A DNA stretch of 64,000 nt from an uncultured Chthonomonadaceae bacterium (GCA_963835065.1 CAWIEK010000002.1:96001-160000); one strand, 5' to 3'. Positions 21,090-32,204 are shown, counted from the stretch's first letter. The notes: generated by a model from the sequence alone, not told the origin. Numbers and translations are program-made.

Positions 21090-21698
21090 ATGAACACAAC
21101 CAACCCTTTGGAAATCCACATTCATCTGGAAGACGGGCGCATTGTGCGGTTTGTGCAGCAGGACGCGGAACTGGCGAAACAGCAGTTGGCGCACCTTCAG
21201 CCGACAAAACTGTTCGCGCAGCCCCTCATCATGCTCGGCGGCGCGGACTCGCTGACCACGTTTCAAATGACGCAGGTGGCGCGCATCGAATTCATTGCCG
21301 AACACACGCCCGATTACCCGTTCTACAACGGCGTCCTCGACATTCAGCAGATCACGCCCGATGAGTTCCGCGCCCGCTACTCCGCCAAAACATTCGCCGC
21401 ATTAAGGCAGGAAGCGCAGACTATCCCCGACAAACCTATTACCGTCTTTTCCGAAATGGAACTTGTCAACGGCGAACGGCTGTTTTTTCAGGTGTGCGTC
21501 AAGGTGGAGGAGCGTTTGCCGCTGGAGCAGGGAATGTTCGTGTCGCAGTTGTTCGGCGCGCACGGCCTTCACGCCCGGCGTTCGGGCGGCAACGGCATCA
21601 GCGTCGTCAACCCCGCCAACATCGCCCGCTTCACGCTTTATCCTTCGCCGCCCATTCTCCCGCCCGGAACCTGGCAAGCGTCCCGCGTGATCCAGTAG
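21090..21698 (+). CDS. hypothetical protein
   Basis: SD GAGGAG, 202-aa ORF. Confidence 0.75.
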   Translation: MNTTNPLEIHIHLEDGRIVRFVQQDAELAKQQLAHLQPTKLFAQPLIMLGGADSLTTFQMTQVARIEFIAEHTPDYPFYNGVLDIQQITPDEFRARYSAKTFAALRQEAQTIPDKPITVFSEMELVNGERLFFQVCVKVEERLPLEQGMFVSQLFGAHGLHARRSGGNGISVVNPANIARFTLYPSPPILPPGTWQASRVIQ

Positions 21699-21754
21699 CC
21701 TCATGGTACATTAGCAAGCAGGACAAAGTAGGACACGACGAAATGGCTGACACT

Positions 21755-21973
21755 ATGAAGGAAACGATTAACCTGCTGGAAACGGTTGCTTTGCTTGCGG
21801 ATTTGCCGGAACGGGGTTTGTATCGCGGGCAGGTTGGCGCGGTTGTGGAAGAACTTGCCGGTGGCGTATACGAAGTTGAGTTTACGGATGCCAATGGACG
21901 CACCTACGCTATGCTGCCCTTGAAAGCGGAGCAGTTAATGGTGTTGCGCTATGCTCCCGCACAAGCCGCCTGA
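21755..21973 (+). CDS. DUF4926 domain small protein
   Basis: VALLADLPERGLYRGQVGAVVE...YEVEFTDANGRTYAM. Confidence 0.85.
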   Translation: MKETINLLETVALLADLPERGLYRGQVGAVVEELAGGVYEVEFTDANGRTYAMLPLKAEQLMVLRYAPAQAA

Positions 21974-22040
21974 GATAACATAGGAAACTTGTGGGGAGCA
22001 GATGTATGCAATGCTCCTTAACTGCGCTTCAGGCTGTTGG

Positions 22041-22778
22041 CTACCAGGGTACAACGCCGTCTTCATCGAAGTAACCCCCGGTGGGGCCGTCCGGGGGCAG
22101 TGTCGCCAGCCGGACCGGAGCCGCCGCGCCCTGCTGAACGGTGCGATGCCCGCGATTCTGGTTCAAGTCCGTCGCCACATAGCCGGGATCCGCCGCGTTC
22201 ACCTTGATAGGCGTGTCGCGCAATTCGTTAGCAAACTGCACCGTGAGCGCATTAACAGCGGTTTTGGAGGAGGTGTAGGCCAGCGCATTGACAGCCGCAT
22301 ACTCCCAATTTGGGTTGCTCGTCTGCGTCAGGGATCCCAAGCCGGAAGACATGTTGACGATGCGCCCGGCTTCCGATTTTCGGAGCAGGGGCAGCATGGC
22401 TTTCGTAACCGCGAACACGCCGAACACATTGGTGTCGTAAGTGCGGCGCAGAATGTCCATGTCCAACTGGCTCGGCGGCGTTTGATCCAGGGCGATACCG
22501 GCATTGTTCACGAGAATGTCCAATTTGCCGAACTCTCCTTCGATCTTCAAGGCTGCCGCGTCAATGCTCGCCTGATCGGTGACATCCAGCGCAATAAAAT
22601 GCGCGTCCAATCCTTCCGACTGCATGGCCTGCGCCGCTTCCTGTCCCTTTTGCTCATCCCGCGCCCCAATCAGAACCGCGCTTCCCTGCTGCGCCAATTG
22701 CCGCGCGATTTCCAGTCCAATGCCTTTGTTGGCTCCTGTCACCAGCGCCACTTTCCCTTTGAGATTACTTGCTGTCAT
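22041..22778 (-). CDS. SDR family oxidoreductase
   Basis: VTGANKGIG, LVNNAG, YTSSK, PGYVATD. Confidence 0.95.
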   Translation of the reverse strand: MTASNLKGKVALVTGANKGIGLEIARQLAQQGSAVLIGARDEQKGQEAAQAMQSEGLDAHFIALDVTDQASIDAAALKIEGEFGKLDILVNNAGIALDQTPPSQLDMDILRRTYDTNVFGVFAVTKAMLPLLRKSEAGRIVNMSSGLGSLTQTSNPNWEYAAVNALAYTSSKTAVNALTVQFANELRDTPIKVNAADPGYVATDLNQNRGHRTVQQGAAAPVRLATLPPDGPTGGYFDEDGVVPW

Positions 22779-22847
22779 TCGTTCCGCCTTTCTGTCTACA
22801 CACTCTTCCAACATGCCCCCTAACACCTAACACCTAACACCTAACAC

Positions 22848-23264
22848 CTACTCCTTACAGCCCTCCGCGCCCGGACACGCTTCCCCGGCTTCCACAACGG
22901 GCAGGTATTTCCCGCTCCATTCCCCGATGGCTTCCAGAATGGGTTTCAACGCGTGCCCGGCTTCGGTTAATTCGTAGCTTGTTCGGGGAGGCATCGTCGA
23001 GTGGATGGTTTTAACCAGCAATCCCACGTGTTCCAGCAGATTGAGCCGCTGCGTCAGCGTCGTCGTGTTGACATTGCCCCGGCGCATCAACTCATTGAAG
23101 CTGATGGGACCGCCCATCAGACTGTAGACGATCATCAGCACCCACTTTTCCTGCAGCAGCAGCGCGCCGCGAATGAAGTCGGCGGCAAGGCTGCATGACT
23201 GTGTAGTATCCGTGTGACAGGGCTCCGCGTTCTCCACATTTGTTGTATATTCATCATCCTGCAT
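22848..23264 (-). CDS. HxlR-family winged-helix regulator
   Basis: EKWVLMIV...TLTQRLNLLE...PPRTSYELTEAG. Confidence 0.9.
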   Translation of the reverse strand: MQDDEYTTNVENAEPCHTDTTQSCSLAADFIRGALLLQEKWVLMIVYSLMGGPISFNELMRRGNVNTTTLTQRLNLLEHVGLLVKTIHSTMPPRTSYELTEAGHALKPILEAIGEWSGKYLPVVEAGEACPGAEGCKE

Positions 23265-23474
23265 GTTGGGCCTTTACCTTTGAAACCGGTTGAGTTTGAA
23301 GCGGGCTGGAAGCAGCTTGACGACGACTACTCCATCAAGGTAGCATTGATGTATTGTTCTCAGCCTGTGCAAAGGTCAAACGCATATAACAAGCCTACCT
23401 TGATGTAGTCCTGGATTTGGCCTGGGGTTCATGACCATGTTATACCCGATTACGTAATCTGAAAGGTTGTTGTT

Positions 23475-24017
23475 TTGGCGCATGCTTTCGACATTATTTT
23501 GTGCGACGCGCTTCCTCCTGTAGTGAGGGCGTGGCAGCGCGCTTTTGCCGCGTATCCCGAAGTGGAAATACGGCGCGGCGATTTGCTGGAAGTCGAAGCC
23601 GACGCCTATGTTTCGCCCGCCAACAGTTACGGCATTATGGACGGCGGCATTGACGCGGCGTTGAGCGCGCGGTTTCCGCAGGTGGAAGCGCGGGTACAGG
23701 CGGCTATCGCGGCAGGCGGCAGGCTTTTGCCCGTGGGTCACGCCCTTGTCGTGGAAACCGGCGATGTGGATGTGCCGTATTTGATTTGCGCGCCGACAAT
23801 GGAACTGCCTTCCCGCGTTAGTCATACCAGCAATGCGTTTCGCGCCATGCTCGCCCTGCTGTCCGCCGTTGAACAGTTCAATGCCGAAAACGAGGACGCT
23901 ATTTCTTCTGTTGCCGTTCCGGGACTGTGTACAGGAGTGGGAGACATGGAACCCGAAATCGCGGCCTTGCAGATGGCGCGGGCGTATGCCGAGTGGCGCA
24001 GCGAGCAAGCGGAGTAA
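23475..24017 (+). CDS. macro domain protein
   Basis: VSPANSYGIMDGGIDAA, APTM, PGLCTGVG. Confidence 0.9.
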   Translation: MAHAFDIILCDALPPVVRAWQRAFAAYPEVEIRRGDLLEVEADAYVSPANSYGIMDGGIDAALSARFPQVEARVQAAIAAGGRLLPVGHALVVETGDVDVPYLICAPTMELPSRVSHTSNAFRAMLALLSAVEQFNAENEDAISSVAVPGLCTGVGDMEPEIAALQMARAYAEWRSEQAE

Positions 24018-24088
24018 AGCCGTATAACGCTTGAAAATTTCTGAAGCAGGGCGGAATTCAGCATCACACAGACGCTTTGGAAGGTATT

Positions 24089-24493
24089 ATGAGCCGAGAT
24101 TTGGATGCGAAAGTACGCGGTCATTTTTGCCCAATTGGGCGAGGAGCGTCTGCAGAAGGCTGGACGCAACAGAACGCCGGAGGCCATTGTCGGGCGCATT
24201 GCCGAAGCCATGTTGCCGCGTTTTCACTCGAGCAGGCTTACGACATTGGCTTTCATCTGACAGACTGGAATAGCGATGCAGCCTTTCTTGTCGCGCTGAT
24301 CTTGTTCCCGGAGCGGTTCGATGCCGAAGAGATTGCCGAAGGGGTAGAAGGATTCCTCATCCACGCGCCGAACCATGTGGCCGCCGCCGCCAAATTGTTC
24401 GGCTATCCCATCGAAGACATTTTTGGCGTGGACGCATTGAGCGGCGACAATGAAGCAGCGCATCCGAAGAAGACGAATAGCAAACAACTGTAG
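24089..24493 (+). CDS. hypothetical protein, N-terminal half probably frameshifted
   Basis: SD GGAAGG; protein-like C-terminal part AYDIGFHLTDWNSDAAFLVAL...FLIHAPNH. Confidence 0.55.
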   Translation: MSRDLDAKVRGHFCPIGRGASAEGWTQQNAGGHCRAHCRSHVAAFSLEQAYDIGFHLTDWNSDAAFLVALILFPERFDAEEIAEGVEGFLIHAPNHVAAAAKLFGYPIEDIFGVDALSGDNEAAHPKKTNSKQL

Positions 24494-25227
24494 AAACTCT
24501 AACCCAGCCCAATTTCTTTTTAATCGCGTTTTTCACCGGCTTCGGAATCGCGTTGCGCATCCTGTCCTTGAAAACTTCGATAGGCGGCGGGGGCGTGTGG
24601 ACGATGGGAAAGCGGGCTTTGTTATAGGCTTGCGAGGGCCAGTCGTCGCCGTAGGGATCAAGCAGGGGCGCGGTGGTGCGCGTGAAGAAGGCGGTGTTGG
24701 CGACAACCGTTTCCAGATGGAACATGGCGTCTTCCTTCAGGAACGCATACAGGTTGTAAATGGTCGGTATCCAGATGTCGTCAATAATCAGGTAGCCGCC
24801 CGGCTTGATGTGCGGATACACGAAATAGTATTCCAGATCGGGAAACGGGTAGCTGTGGGGGCCATCCAGAAGGACGAAATCGAACGGGCGCGCGAACGTG
24901 TACGCGGGCAGCGTTTTTTGCGTGGGGCCGAGAATAAACCGCGTTGTATCGGCGTTGAACAAGGGGGTGGCGATAACGCGCTCATACGAGTCGTTGGCTT
25001 TGAAATCCGTGTCGCTGTTGGTGAACGTGAACACCTGATGGTCTTTGCTCAGATGCGACAGCAGCAGCGTACTGCGCCCGCACCCCGTTTCCATCGTGTA
25101 CTGCAAGTCCGTCGTCTGCCCGATGCGGAATATCTCTTCCAGTACCTGAGTCGGGCATGGTTCCCGCCCCGTGCCACACTTGCCCCAACTGCTGAACTTC
25201 CGTTAAAATTCCTGCGTTTGTTACCAA
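24357..25227 (-). CDS. class I SAM-dependent methyltransferase (Methyltransf_24-like), frameshift near 25150; 3' end uncertain
   Basis: METGCGRST, FDFVLLDGPHSYP, KPGGYLIIDD; N-terminal WHGAGT segment in another frame. Confidence 0.8.
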
Positions 25228-25337
25228 CGTCGCGTTTCCGCCTTCCTATCGAATTTTAAAATAGCCGCGAATGAACGCGAATGAACGCAAATATATAACA
25301 GCGCAGATTTAAGGCCAGTACCGTTCAAGTAAGCGTT

Positions 25338-25423
25338 CGTAGGGACACAACATGTTGTGTCCGCTGCCTTGTTGTGCCGTCGTCGGAAGATGAGCGCGAG
25401 GACACAACATGTTGTGTCCCTAC
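25338..25423. repeat. GTAG-type REP doublet
   Basis: GTAGGGACACAACATGTTGTGTCC ... GGACACAACATGTTGTGTCCCTAC in inverted orientation. Confidence 0.8.
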
Positions 25424-25465
25424 ACCGTTGTCTCAGGTGGAAACGCTCTTTTAAAGGGCTTTGAT

Positions 25466-26413
25466 TTAAGACAGCCGCTTTACCAGCCCGTTTTTGTCGT
25501 AATTGCGCGGGCGCTTGCGTTCCACAAGGTATTGTTCATAATACCCCACTTTGAACACCCATTCCAATTCCCACAGGGATGCGCCTTCCGGGTGCGGCCA
25601 GCGGGCCTTGCCGGTCAGCCGCCCCATCTTCAGTCCCATGCGGGCATGGCGCAGGCTTTGTTCGGGATTGGGCGCGTCGTAATGATCCCAATGGTACGAC
25701 ACATAAGCGTTGGAGCGTCCGTCTTTGTCCGCCCGGCGCAGCAAATCGGCGTGGGACAAACGCGCGGCTTCAAAATGGTGTTCCACATACGCTGCCAAGT
25801 TGGAAGCAACTGCGTAACCCGCAGCCGCCAACTGCTCCGCGAACAGGCTGTCTTCCCAAAACCCTAATGCGCCCGGACCGAGTTCCACATCAAACGCAGG
25901 CACTTTGCCTAACACTTCGCGGGAAAACGCCATATTCGCGCCGATCAAGCGCCGGGGTTCCACCGTATGCCACGTCAGGGTATCCGCGAAGTAACTGCGG
26001 TGTCGGGCTTCCATCCACTCGCGTTCCAGATGGGGCGCAAGCCGGATGCCGCCCTGTACGGCCTGCGCTTCGCCTGCCAGAATCGGCGCGCACAGGCTTG
26101 CGATCCAATCCGGCGGCGGGCGCACATCGTCATCCGTGTACAGCAGAATATCGCCCTGCGCGTGGGCAAGGCTGGCATTGTAAGCGAATCCCTTGCCCCG
26201 GCGTGGTTCCGCAATACACCGCGCCGGAATGTCGGGCAGGGCGCAGGACTGCACTACTTCGGGCGTCGTATCCGAGCCGTTATCCACAACAAGCAGTTCC
26301 ACGCCAAGATGCCCAGGAACGCAAACCTCCGCCAGCGACGCCAGCGTTTCCCGCAAATGCGCGGCCCGATTGGCGGTACAAATTATAATGGAAACATCCG
26401 GCTTACGCCTCAT
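25466..26413 (-). CDS. glycosyltransferase family 2
   Basis: SIIICTANR, VVDNGS, YTDDD, GANMAF. Confidence 0.92.
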   Translation of the reverse strand: MRRKPDVSIIICTANRAAHLRETLASLAEVCVPGHLGVELLVVDNGSDTTPEVVQSCALPDIPARCIAEPRRGKGFAYNASLAHAQGDILLYTDDDVRPPPDWIASLCAPILAGEAQAVQGGIRLAPHLEREWMEARHRSYFADTLTWHTVEPRRLIGANMAFSREVLGKVPAFDVELGPGALGFWEDSLFAEQLAAAGYAVASNLAAYVEHHFEAARLSHADLLRRADKDGRSNAYVSYHWDHYDAPNPEQSLRHARMGLKMGRLTGKARWPHPEGASLWELEWVFKVGYYEQYLVERKRPRNYDKNGLVKRLS

Positions 26414-26479
26414 AATCCTCTTCCAAGCGTTGTAAATACCTGCCACACGAAAACGCCATATTGTCCCAACACCCGAATT

Positions 26480-27583
26480 CTATGCCAATTTCATTACCCG
26501 ATCCGCGAACGCGGCTATCGGGTCGGAAGGAATGAGTTGGCGTACCCGGACGGCTGCCGCCTGCCCCATTTGCCGCCACTGTTGCCGCCCGTTCCACGCC
26601 CGTTCCAGAGCGGCGTCCAGACTGGATACGGCGGGCGCGGCGGCGACAAACCCGTGTACGCCATCCTCCAACAGTTCCGTATTGCCCGCAACATCGGTGA
26701 CAATGCCCGGACGGGCGCACAGCATGGCTTCTACCAACGCTAAGGGAAGCCCCTCGTAACGGGAAGGCAGAATCAGCGCGTGATGGTCGGCCCAGATCGA
26801 AGCCACGTCGGGGCGAAAGCCGCCGAAGTGGACGCGCTCCAGGCCATACAGTGTTTTCAAGGCTTGCAGGGATTGGGCGTTGGGGCCGTTGCCGAACAGC
26901 GTCACATCCAATGCGCGGTTGCGCCACTTGTCTGCCGCCAGGGTTTGAAACAAAATGTCCTGCCCCTTTGCGCCGGGTTCCAGACGGGCGACGCAGGCCA
27001 GGCGCAGCCCTTCGGACTCGGACGGCCAGGGCAGGGAAATATCATACGCGACGTTGAACGGGTTGCGGACGACGGAAGCGTTGGGCAGGCGCGCGCCCAA
27101 TTGCGTTTCCAGCAGCCGACTGTTTCCCTCCGACACGAACAAAGCGGCAGTGGCCTGCGCGTAAGCCGACGTAATCGCCGGTATGTCCTCATCCGTCGGC
27201 CAGTAACGCTCCGAAGCCGCCTGCGCCAGCAGGGCGTAGGGAATCCGCCGTTTCGCGCACTCCAGCCCCCAGCCATGCCCCTCGTAATGCCCGCCCTGCG
27301 AAATGATGACGGCCTGCGGCTTCACCTGATCCAGCCAGTTGGAACCGGAAATGCCCAGCCGTCCCGCCACGCGCTGCACAACCGAAGGCTGCCGCCGAAA
27401 CGCGACTTCGCAGCCCGCGTCGCGCAGGGTAGTGAGCATTTTCGGCGTTTCCGGCCAGGCGTTGACGCTGACCGCAACCGCAATCCCGCGCTTCGCCAGC
27501 AGCAGGGCGGTTCGGCTCCAGAGTTCCTCGCTGCCGCCCCAGGGCAGGCCGTCCATTGTGGAAACAAACGCGATTTTCGTCAT
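26480..27583 (-). CDS. glycosyltransferase family 4
   Basis: WGGSE, VARLEPGAKGQD, PSRYEGLPLALVEAM. Confidence 0.92.
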   Translation of the reverse strand: MTKIAFVSTMDGLPWGGSEELWSRTALLLAKRGIAVAVSVNAWPETPKMLTTLRDAGCEVAFRRQPSVVQRVAGRLGISGSNWLDQVKPQAVIISQGGHYEGHGWGLECAKRRIPYALLAQAASERYWPTDEDIPAITSAYAQATAALFVSEGNSRLLETQLGARLPNASVVRNPFNVAYDISLPWPSESEGLRLACVARLEPGAKGQDILFQTLAADKWRNRALDVTLFGNGPNAQSLQALKTLYGLERVHFGGFRPDVASIWADHHALILPSRYEGLPLALVEAMLCARPGIVTDVAGNTELLEDGVHGFVAAAPAVSSLDAALERAWNGRQQWRQMGQAAAVRVRQLIPSDPIAAFADRVMKLA

Positions 27584-28524
27584 AAGCCTGCGTTTTCTCT
27601 GCGTTTCAGCAAGCCGTCAACGGTTCTTTGCGGCAGATAGCACTTCATCAGATGCCGTAATATCCAGCCATGCATCAGAAGAGAGGGTTTCATGCAGATC
27701 GCCTGCCACAAACATTCGCGCGCCCGCTGCCGATTGCCCGCGTCCATCGCTTGTAGCGAAGCCAGCATTGCCAGGCCATTATAGGCAGTGGCAAACCGAC
27801 GGCCCCGTTTCCACGTCTGCCAGGTGCGCGGCGTGGGCCATTTGCCGACATGCTTGTGCAGGACGCGCGAACAATTGACGTGCATGCGCCAGAAGTCATG
27901 GGAAGCGTTTTTGGCGTGATACCGATATAATAGGCACAAGCGGCTTTCAAACACGAACGCGCCCACCTGCGCCAGCCGAATAAACAAATCCCAATCATCC
28001 GCGCCCCAGATCTGGGTATCAAATCCGCCCACGCGCCGCAAAGCCGATGCCCGTATCAGCGTTTGGCCGGGTGTGGTGATCCAGTTCTTTTCCAGAAACG
28101 CTTTGTGCGCCTGCCCGGAGGGGCCGTCCATCTGGCAAAGCGGTTCGCCCACCGGGGTTCCAAACCCTTCCACGCCGCCATACACGAGGGAAGCGTCGGA
28201 ATGCCGGTTCAAAGCGGACACTTGCCATTGCAGTTTGTCCGGCGGCCACAAATCATCATCGTCAAGCAAAGCGATATACGCGCCTGTTGCTGCCGCAATG
28301 CCGCGATTGCGCGCGGCGGACTGCCCGGCGTTTGCCTGCGCGATATACTGAATACGTCCCGCTTCTATAAGAGGACGCAGCACGTCCGCCGTATCATCGG
28401 GTGAGCCGTCATTGACGACAATCACTTCATAGTCTGTAAACGTCTGCGCAAATACCGATCCAAGCGTTTGTAAAACATAGTCACGGTGCTTATACGTAGG
28501 AATAACAACACTGACAACGGGCAT
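27580..28524 (-). CDS. glycosyltransferase family 2
   Basis: SVVIPTY, VVNDGSPD, SAARNRG, LDDDDLW. Confidence 0.92.
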   Translation of the reverse strand: MPVVSVVIPTYKHRDYVLQTLGSVFAQTFTDYEVIVVNDGSPDDTADVLRPLIEAGRIQYIAQANAGQSAARNRGIAAATGAYIALLDDDDLWPPDKLQWQVSALNRHSDASLVYGGVEGFGTPVGEPLCQMDGPSGQAHKAFLEKNWITTPGQTLIRASALRRVGGFDTQIWGADDWDLFIRLAQVGAFVFESRLCLLYRYHAKNASHDFWRMHVNCSRVLHKHVGKWPTPRTWQTWKRGRRFATAYNGLAMLASLQAMDAGNRQRARECLWQAICMKPSLLMHGWILRHLMKCYLPQRTVDGLLKRRENAGL

Positions 28525-28544
28525 AATATAACCTTATTTTCTTC

Positions 28545-29492
28545 TTAACCCTCAACCCTCAACCTGTAATAATCGGCTGCTTGGCGTAAGCCTTTCGGTA
28601 AATCCATTTTGGGAGCGTAGCCTAAAAGGGAATGGGCGCGGCGGATGTCTGCAATGGAATGGCGAATGTCGCCGGCGCGGGCCGGAGCGTAGCGCGTGAC
28701 AATATCCATGCCGGTTACGCGGCGCATCTGATCGAGCAGGGAATTAATAGAAGTTTGCTGCCCGCTTGCGACGTTAAAAACGCTTCCGAAGGCTTCGGGA
28801 TTGGTAACAGTCGCGGCAAGCAGGTTGGCGGCAACTACATCTTCGACGGCGCAAAAATCCCGCGTTTGTTCGCCATCTCCGAAGACCGTTGGCGGCTGTC
28901 CCGATAATAAGGCGGTCAGAAACAGCGGAATGGCGGCGGCATACGCGCTGTGCGGATTCTGGCGCGCGCCATACACGTTGAAATAGCGCAGGCACACGGT
29001 CTGCAATCCGAACAGGTGGGCAAACAAGCGGCAGTAGTGTTCGCCGGTCAGTTTCTGGATGCCGTAGGGCGATAAGGGACGGGGCAGAACGTCTTCATGC
29101 GTGGGCAGAATGTCGGTATCGCCGTAAACGGCTGCCGAGGAGGAAAAAACCAGCCGACGGATGCCGCTGTCACGCGCGGCCAGCAGCAGGTTGAGCGTAC
29201 CGCCGCTGTTGACGGCTTCCGACTGAATGGGATCGGCAATGGATTGCGAAACGGAAGCCAGCGCGGCAAGATGAAAAACCGCTTCCATATCGCGGCAGGC
29301 GTTGCGGCAGGCGAGGGCGTTGCGAACGTCCCCCTCCACAATCTCCAACTGCCGCCCCAATCCTTCCAGATTGGCGGGGTTGCCGGACGAAAAATTGTCC
29401 AGGACGCGCACCGTTACTTTTTGCGCCAGCAGCGCGCGTACCAGATGCGATCCGATGAACCCTGCGCCGCCCGTCACCAACGCGCTTTTCAT
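28545..29492 (-). CDS. NAD-dependent sugar-nucleotide epimerase/dehydratase
   Basis: VTGGAGFIG, SPYGIQK, LRYFNVYG, DGEQTRDF. Confidence 0.93.
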   Translation of the reverse strand: MKSALVTGGAGFIGSHLVRALLAQKVTVRVLDNFSSGNPANLEGLGRQLEIVEGDVRNALACRNACRDMEAVFHLAALASVSQSIADPIQSEAVNSGGTLNLLLAARDSGIRRLVFSSSAAVYGDTDILPTHEDVLPRPLSPYGIQKLTGEHYCRLFAHLFGLQTVCLRYFNVYGARQNPHSAYAAAIPLFLTALLSGQPPTVFGDGEQTRDFCAVEDVVAANLLAATVTNPEAFGSVFNVASGQQTSINSLLDQMRRVTGMDIVTRYAPARAGDIRHSIADIRRAHSLLGYAPKMDLPKGLRQAADYYRLRVEG

Positions 29493-29505
29493 AAAAAATC
29501 CTTTG

Positions 29506-30495
29506 CTATAAACGGGCGCGGACGAGATCATGCACATGCACCATGCCGACTACGCGCTGCTCGGCGTCCACGACGGGCGCAACCGAAATGGGCTGCGGGC
29601 GGTTTTCCATCTCCTGCATGGCTTCAAAGGCAAGCTGTTCGGGCGTCAGCAATACGCGCGGATGCGGATTCATCAGGGCTTGCGCCGTCAGCAGAAAGGT
29701 TTCGGCTCCGCGCGTTTGCAAGGCTCTGCGCAGTTCCGTTTCGGCAATCAAACCCAGTAAACGCCCCTCGCTGTCCACAACACAGGCCGCGCCGACGTGT
29801 TTGGCGCTCACTTCGCACAGCACTTCCTGAAAGTCGGCAGTGGGCGGCAGCAGGGGCAGGGCGTCCTCGCCGTGCCGCATAATATCGCTCACATGCAGCG
29901 TCAGCCGCCGTCCCAACCGCCCGCCCGGATGGTTGAGGGCGTATTCTTCGGGCAGCAGATTGCGCCGTTTTTGCAGGGTCATTGCCAGCGCGTCGCCCAG
30001 CGCAATCGCCACGAGAACGCTGGTTGTCGGCGCAAGATTGAGCGGGCAGGCTTCGCGCTCGATGGAAGCGTCCAAAACAACTTTCGCCTTTTGCGCCAGC
30101 GTGGACGCCAGATTACCAGTCAGCGCGATAATCGGGACGCGGCGCAGCAGAACGGTGGGCAGAATCGCCAGCAGTTCCTCGCTTTCGCCGCTGTTGCTCA
30201 GGGCGAGAACCACATCCGCGCGCCGCACCAAGCCCAGATCGCCGTGCAGGGCTTCCATCGGGTGCAGGAAAACGGACGGGCAGCCCACGGAAGTCAGCGT
30301 AGCCGCGATTTTACGCGCGGCAATGCCGGATTTGCCGACGCCCGTTGCGATCACCGTTCCCGCGCAGCCGTCCAGCAAATCCAGCGCGCGAACAAACGCC
30401 CCGTCCAGACGCTCACTTGCCAGACGTATGGCGGCCTGCTCCACTTCCATCACCGAATGGGCAAAGGCTATTTCATTGTCGGATGCTTTGTGCAT
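29506..30495 (-). CDS. kdsD: arabinose-5-phosphate isomerase (KdsD/KpsF/GutQ; SIS+CBS)
   Basis: TGVGKSG, EALHGDLG, EACPLNLAPT, HPGGRLG. Confidence 0.9.
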   Translation of the reverse strand: MHKASDNEIAFAHSVMEVEQAAIRLASERLDGAFVRALDLLDGCAGTVIATGVGKSGIAARKIAATLTSVGCPSVFLHPMEALHGDLGLVRRADVVLALSNSGESEELLAILPTVLLRRVPIIALTGNLASTLAQKAKVVLDASIEREACPLNLAPTTSVLVAIALGDALAMTLQKRRNLLPEEYALNHPGGRLGRRLTLHVSDIMRHGEDALPLLPPTADFQEVLCEVSAKHVGAACVVDSEGRLLGLIAETELRRALQTRGAETFLLTAQALMNPHPRVLLTPEQLAFEAMQEMENRPQPISVAPVVDAEQRVVGMVHVHDLVRARL

Positions 30496-30605
30496 AAGTT
30501 TAGGGTTTGTAGGGTTCGTAGGGTTTTAGGGTTTCAGGGTCAATACTGTAAAATAAGAGGGGCGATGAAGCATGCCCGATACATTTTCTTTGAACGGTAT
30601 TGAAC

Positions 30606-32165
30606 CTATACTCCTGCCTTCGGCTGTATGAGTTCCGTGTACAGTTTCTGCTGCGTGAGAAGCATTTCCTGATAACGGGCGTGGAAGTTAGTGTTGGGCG
30701 CGAACGTCTGTCCTAGCCGCGCTTCCGCTTCCGTAAGCGAGGGCAGCAATCCTACCCCTTCTAAGGCGAGCAGGGCCGCGCCCCGGCTGCTCGCTTCGGC
30801 TTCCAGAGCGAGCGTTAAAGGCTGCCCGATGGCGTCCGCCACAATCTGCGCCCATGCGGGCGAACGGCTGAACACGCCGCCGGACGCAATGATCTCTTCG
30901 GTTTGGGGAAACACGTCGCGCAAGCGCTGCGCGGCAAGGGCAAACCGCAGGGCAATGCCTTCCATGCAGGCGCGGACGATTTCGGCGGGATGGGTGTCCC
31001 AATTCATGCCGATTAACGAGGCGCGGGCGTCCGGGTTCCAGCCCAAACCCCGTTCGCCTGCCAGAAACGGCAGATACGTCAGGCCGGACGCGCCCGGTTC
31101 CATGGGCGCGATCTGCGTTTCCAATTCGTCGGCAGACGGCAACTGCAAGGTGCGATTCAGCCATTGGTACACATTGCCGCCGTCGCTGAACGCGGTTCCC
31201 ATGAGGGGGCGGCGCGTGTCCACCCGGTAGCGCCAAAGCCCGGACGGCGTGACCAATTGCGGCGCGTGAACCGTCGTCTGCTGATGGTCGGCGGATACCA
31301 CCGGAGCCGGGTCTTCCTGCCACAAAGCGCGAATCGCCCCGGACGTGCCTAAATTGATGGCGAAGCGGGCGGGCGTCAGGCAGCCGCTCCCCGCATTGCC
31401 GCAGGCTCCATCCCCCACCGCCGGTAAAAACGGCGCGTCCTTCAAGGCAGGCCATTTTTGCGCCCATTCGCCCTGCAAGCCCTGCGCGTGTTCGGTCAGG
31501 TTGACAACAGGCGCGAGGGTTTCCGGCGCAATGCCTAATTCATTCAGGGTTTCCGTATCCCATTGGCACTGCTGTTGATTGTACAGCCCCGTTCCCGACG
31601 CCATTGAAACCGACACCTGCCGCGCCTCCGGGCCGAACCAGCAGCCGTACAAATACTCGCTCGGCGAGGCCCACCGCGCCACCCGGTCATACAACTCGCG
31701 CTGCGTTTCCCGCAGCCACACCAGGCGGGCGGGATAGTAGGAGGAGTGCAGGATGCAGCCCGTGCGCTGATGAATGGCATGGGCGTCCAAATCCCGGCGC
31801 AAGCGCTGCGCGACGGCGGCAGAGCGCTGGTCGGCCCAATTGTAAATGGGCGTAATCGGGGTTCCGTCCGCATCCAGCCCGACAACGCTATGCCAGAAGG
31901 CGGAAATGCCCACGCACTGAATCGCGCCCGCCCTGTCCCCCATTTGCGCAAGCGCCTGATCCAGGCAGTCGCCCACATGATGCAAAAACTCTTCGGCAGG
32001 CATTTCCACGCCGCCATCGGGCGTGGTGTGCATCTGGTACTTCACCTGCTTCCAAATGCCATTTGTTTCGGGTCCGTCTATCTCGCGCCCGCGCTGATCC
32101 CACAGCATCACGCGCGTCGAAGACGTTCCGATATCCAGCGAAAGCGCAAGCGGTTCTCCAGCCAT
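30606..32165 (-). CDS. gntK: FGGY-family gluconokinase
   Basis: DIGTSSTR, SAFWHS, YNWAD, GDGACGNAGSG, PFLAGER. Confidence 0.8.
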   Translation of the reverse strand: MAGEPLALSLDIGTSSTRVMLWDQRGREIDGPETNGIWKQVKYQMHTTPDGGVEMPAEEFLHHVGDCLDQALAQMGDRAGAIQCVGISAFWHSVVGLDADGTPITPIYNWADQRSAAVAQRLRRDLDAHAIHQRTGCILHSSYYPARLVWLRETQRELYDRVARWASPSEYLYGCWFGPEARQVSVSMASGTGLYNQQQCQWDTETLNELGIAPETLAPVVNLTEHAQGLQGEWAQKWPALKDAPFLPAVGDGACGNAGSGCLTPARFAINLGTSGAIRALWQEDPAPVVSADHQQTTVHAPQLVTPSGLWRYRVDTRRPLMGTAFSDGGNVYQWLNRTLQLPSADELETQIAPMEPGASGLTYLPFLAGERGLGWNPDARASLIGMNWDTHPAEIVRACMEGIALRFALAAQRLRDVFPQTEEIIASGGVFSRSPAWAQIVADAIGQPLTLALEAEASSRGAALLALEGVGLLPSLTEAEARLGQTFAPNTNFHARYQEMLLTQQKLYTELIQPKAGV

Positions 32166-32204
32166 AATCATTCCTTTACAATGTCAGCGGCTTTCACGAA
32201 AAGG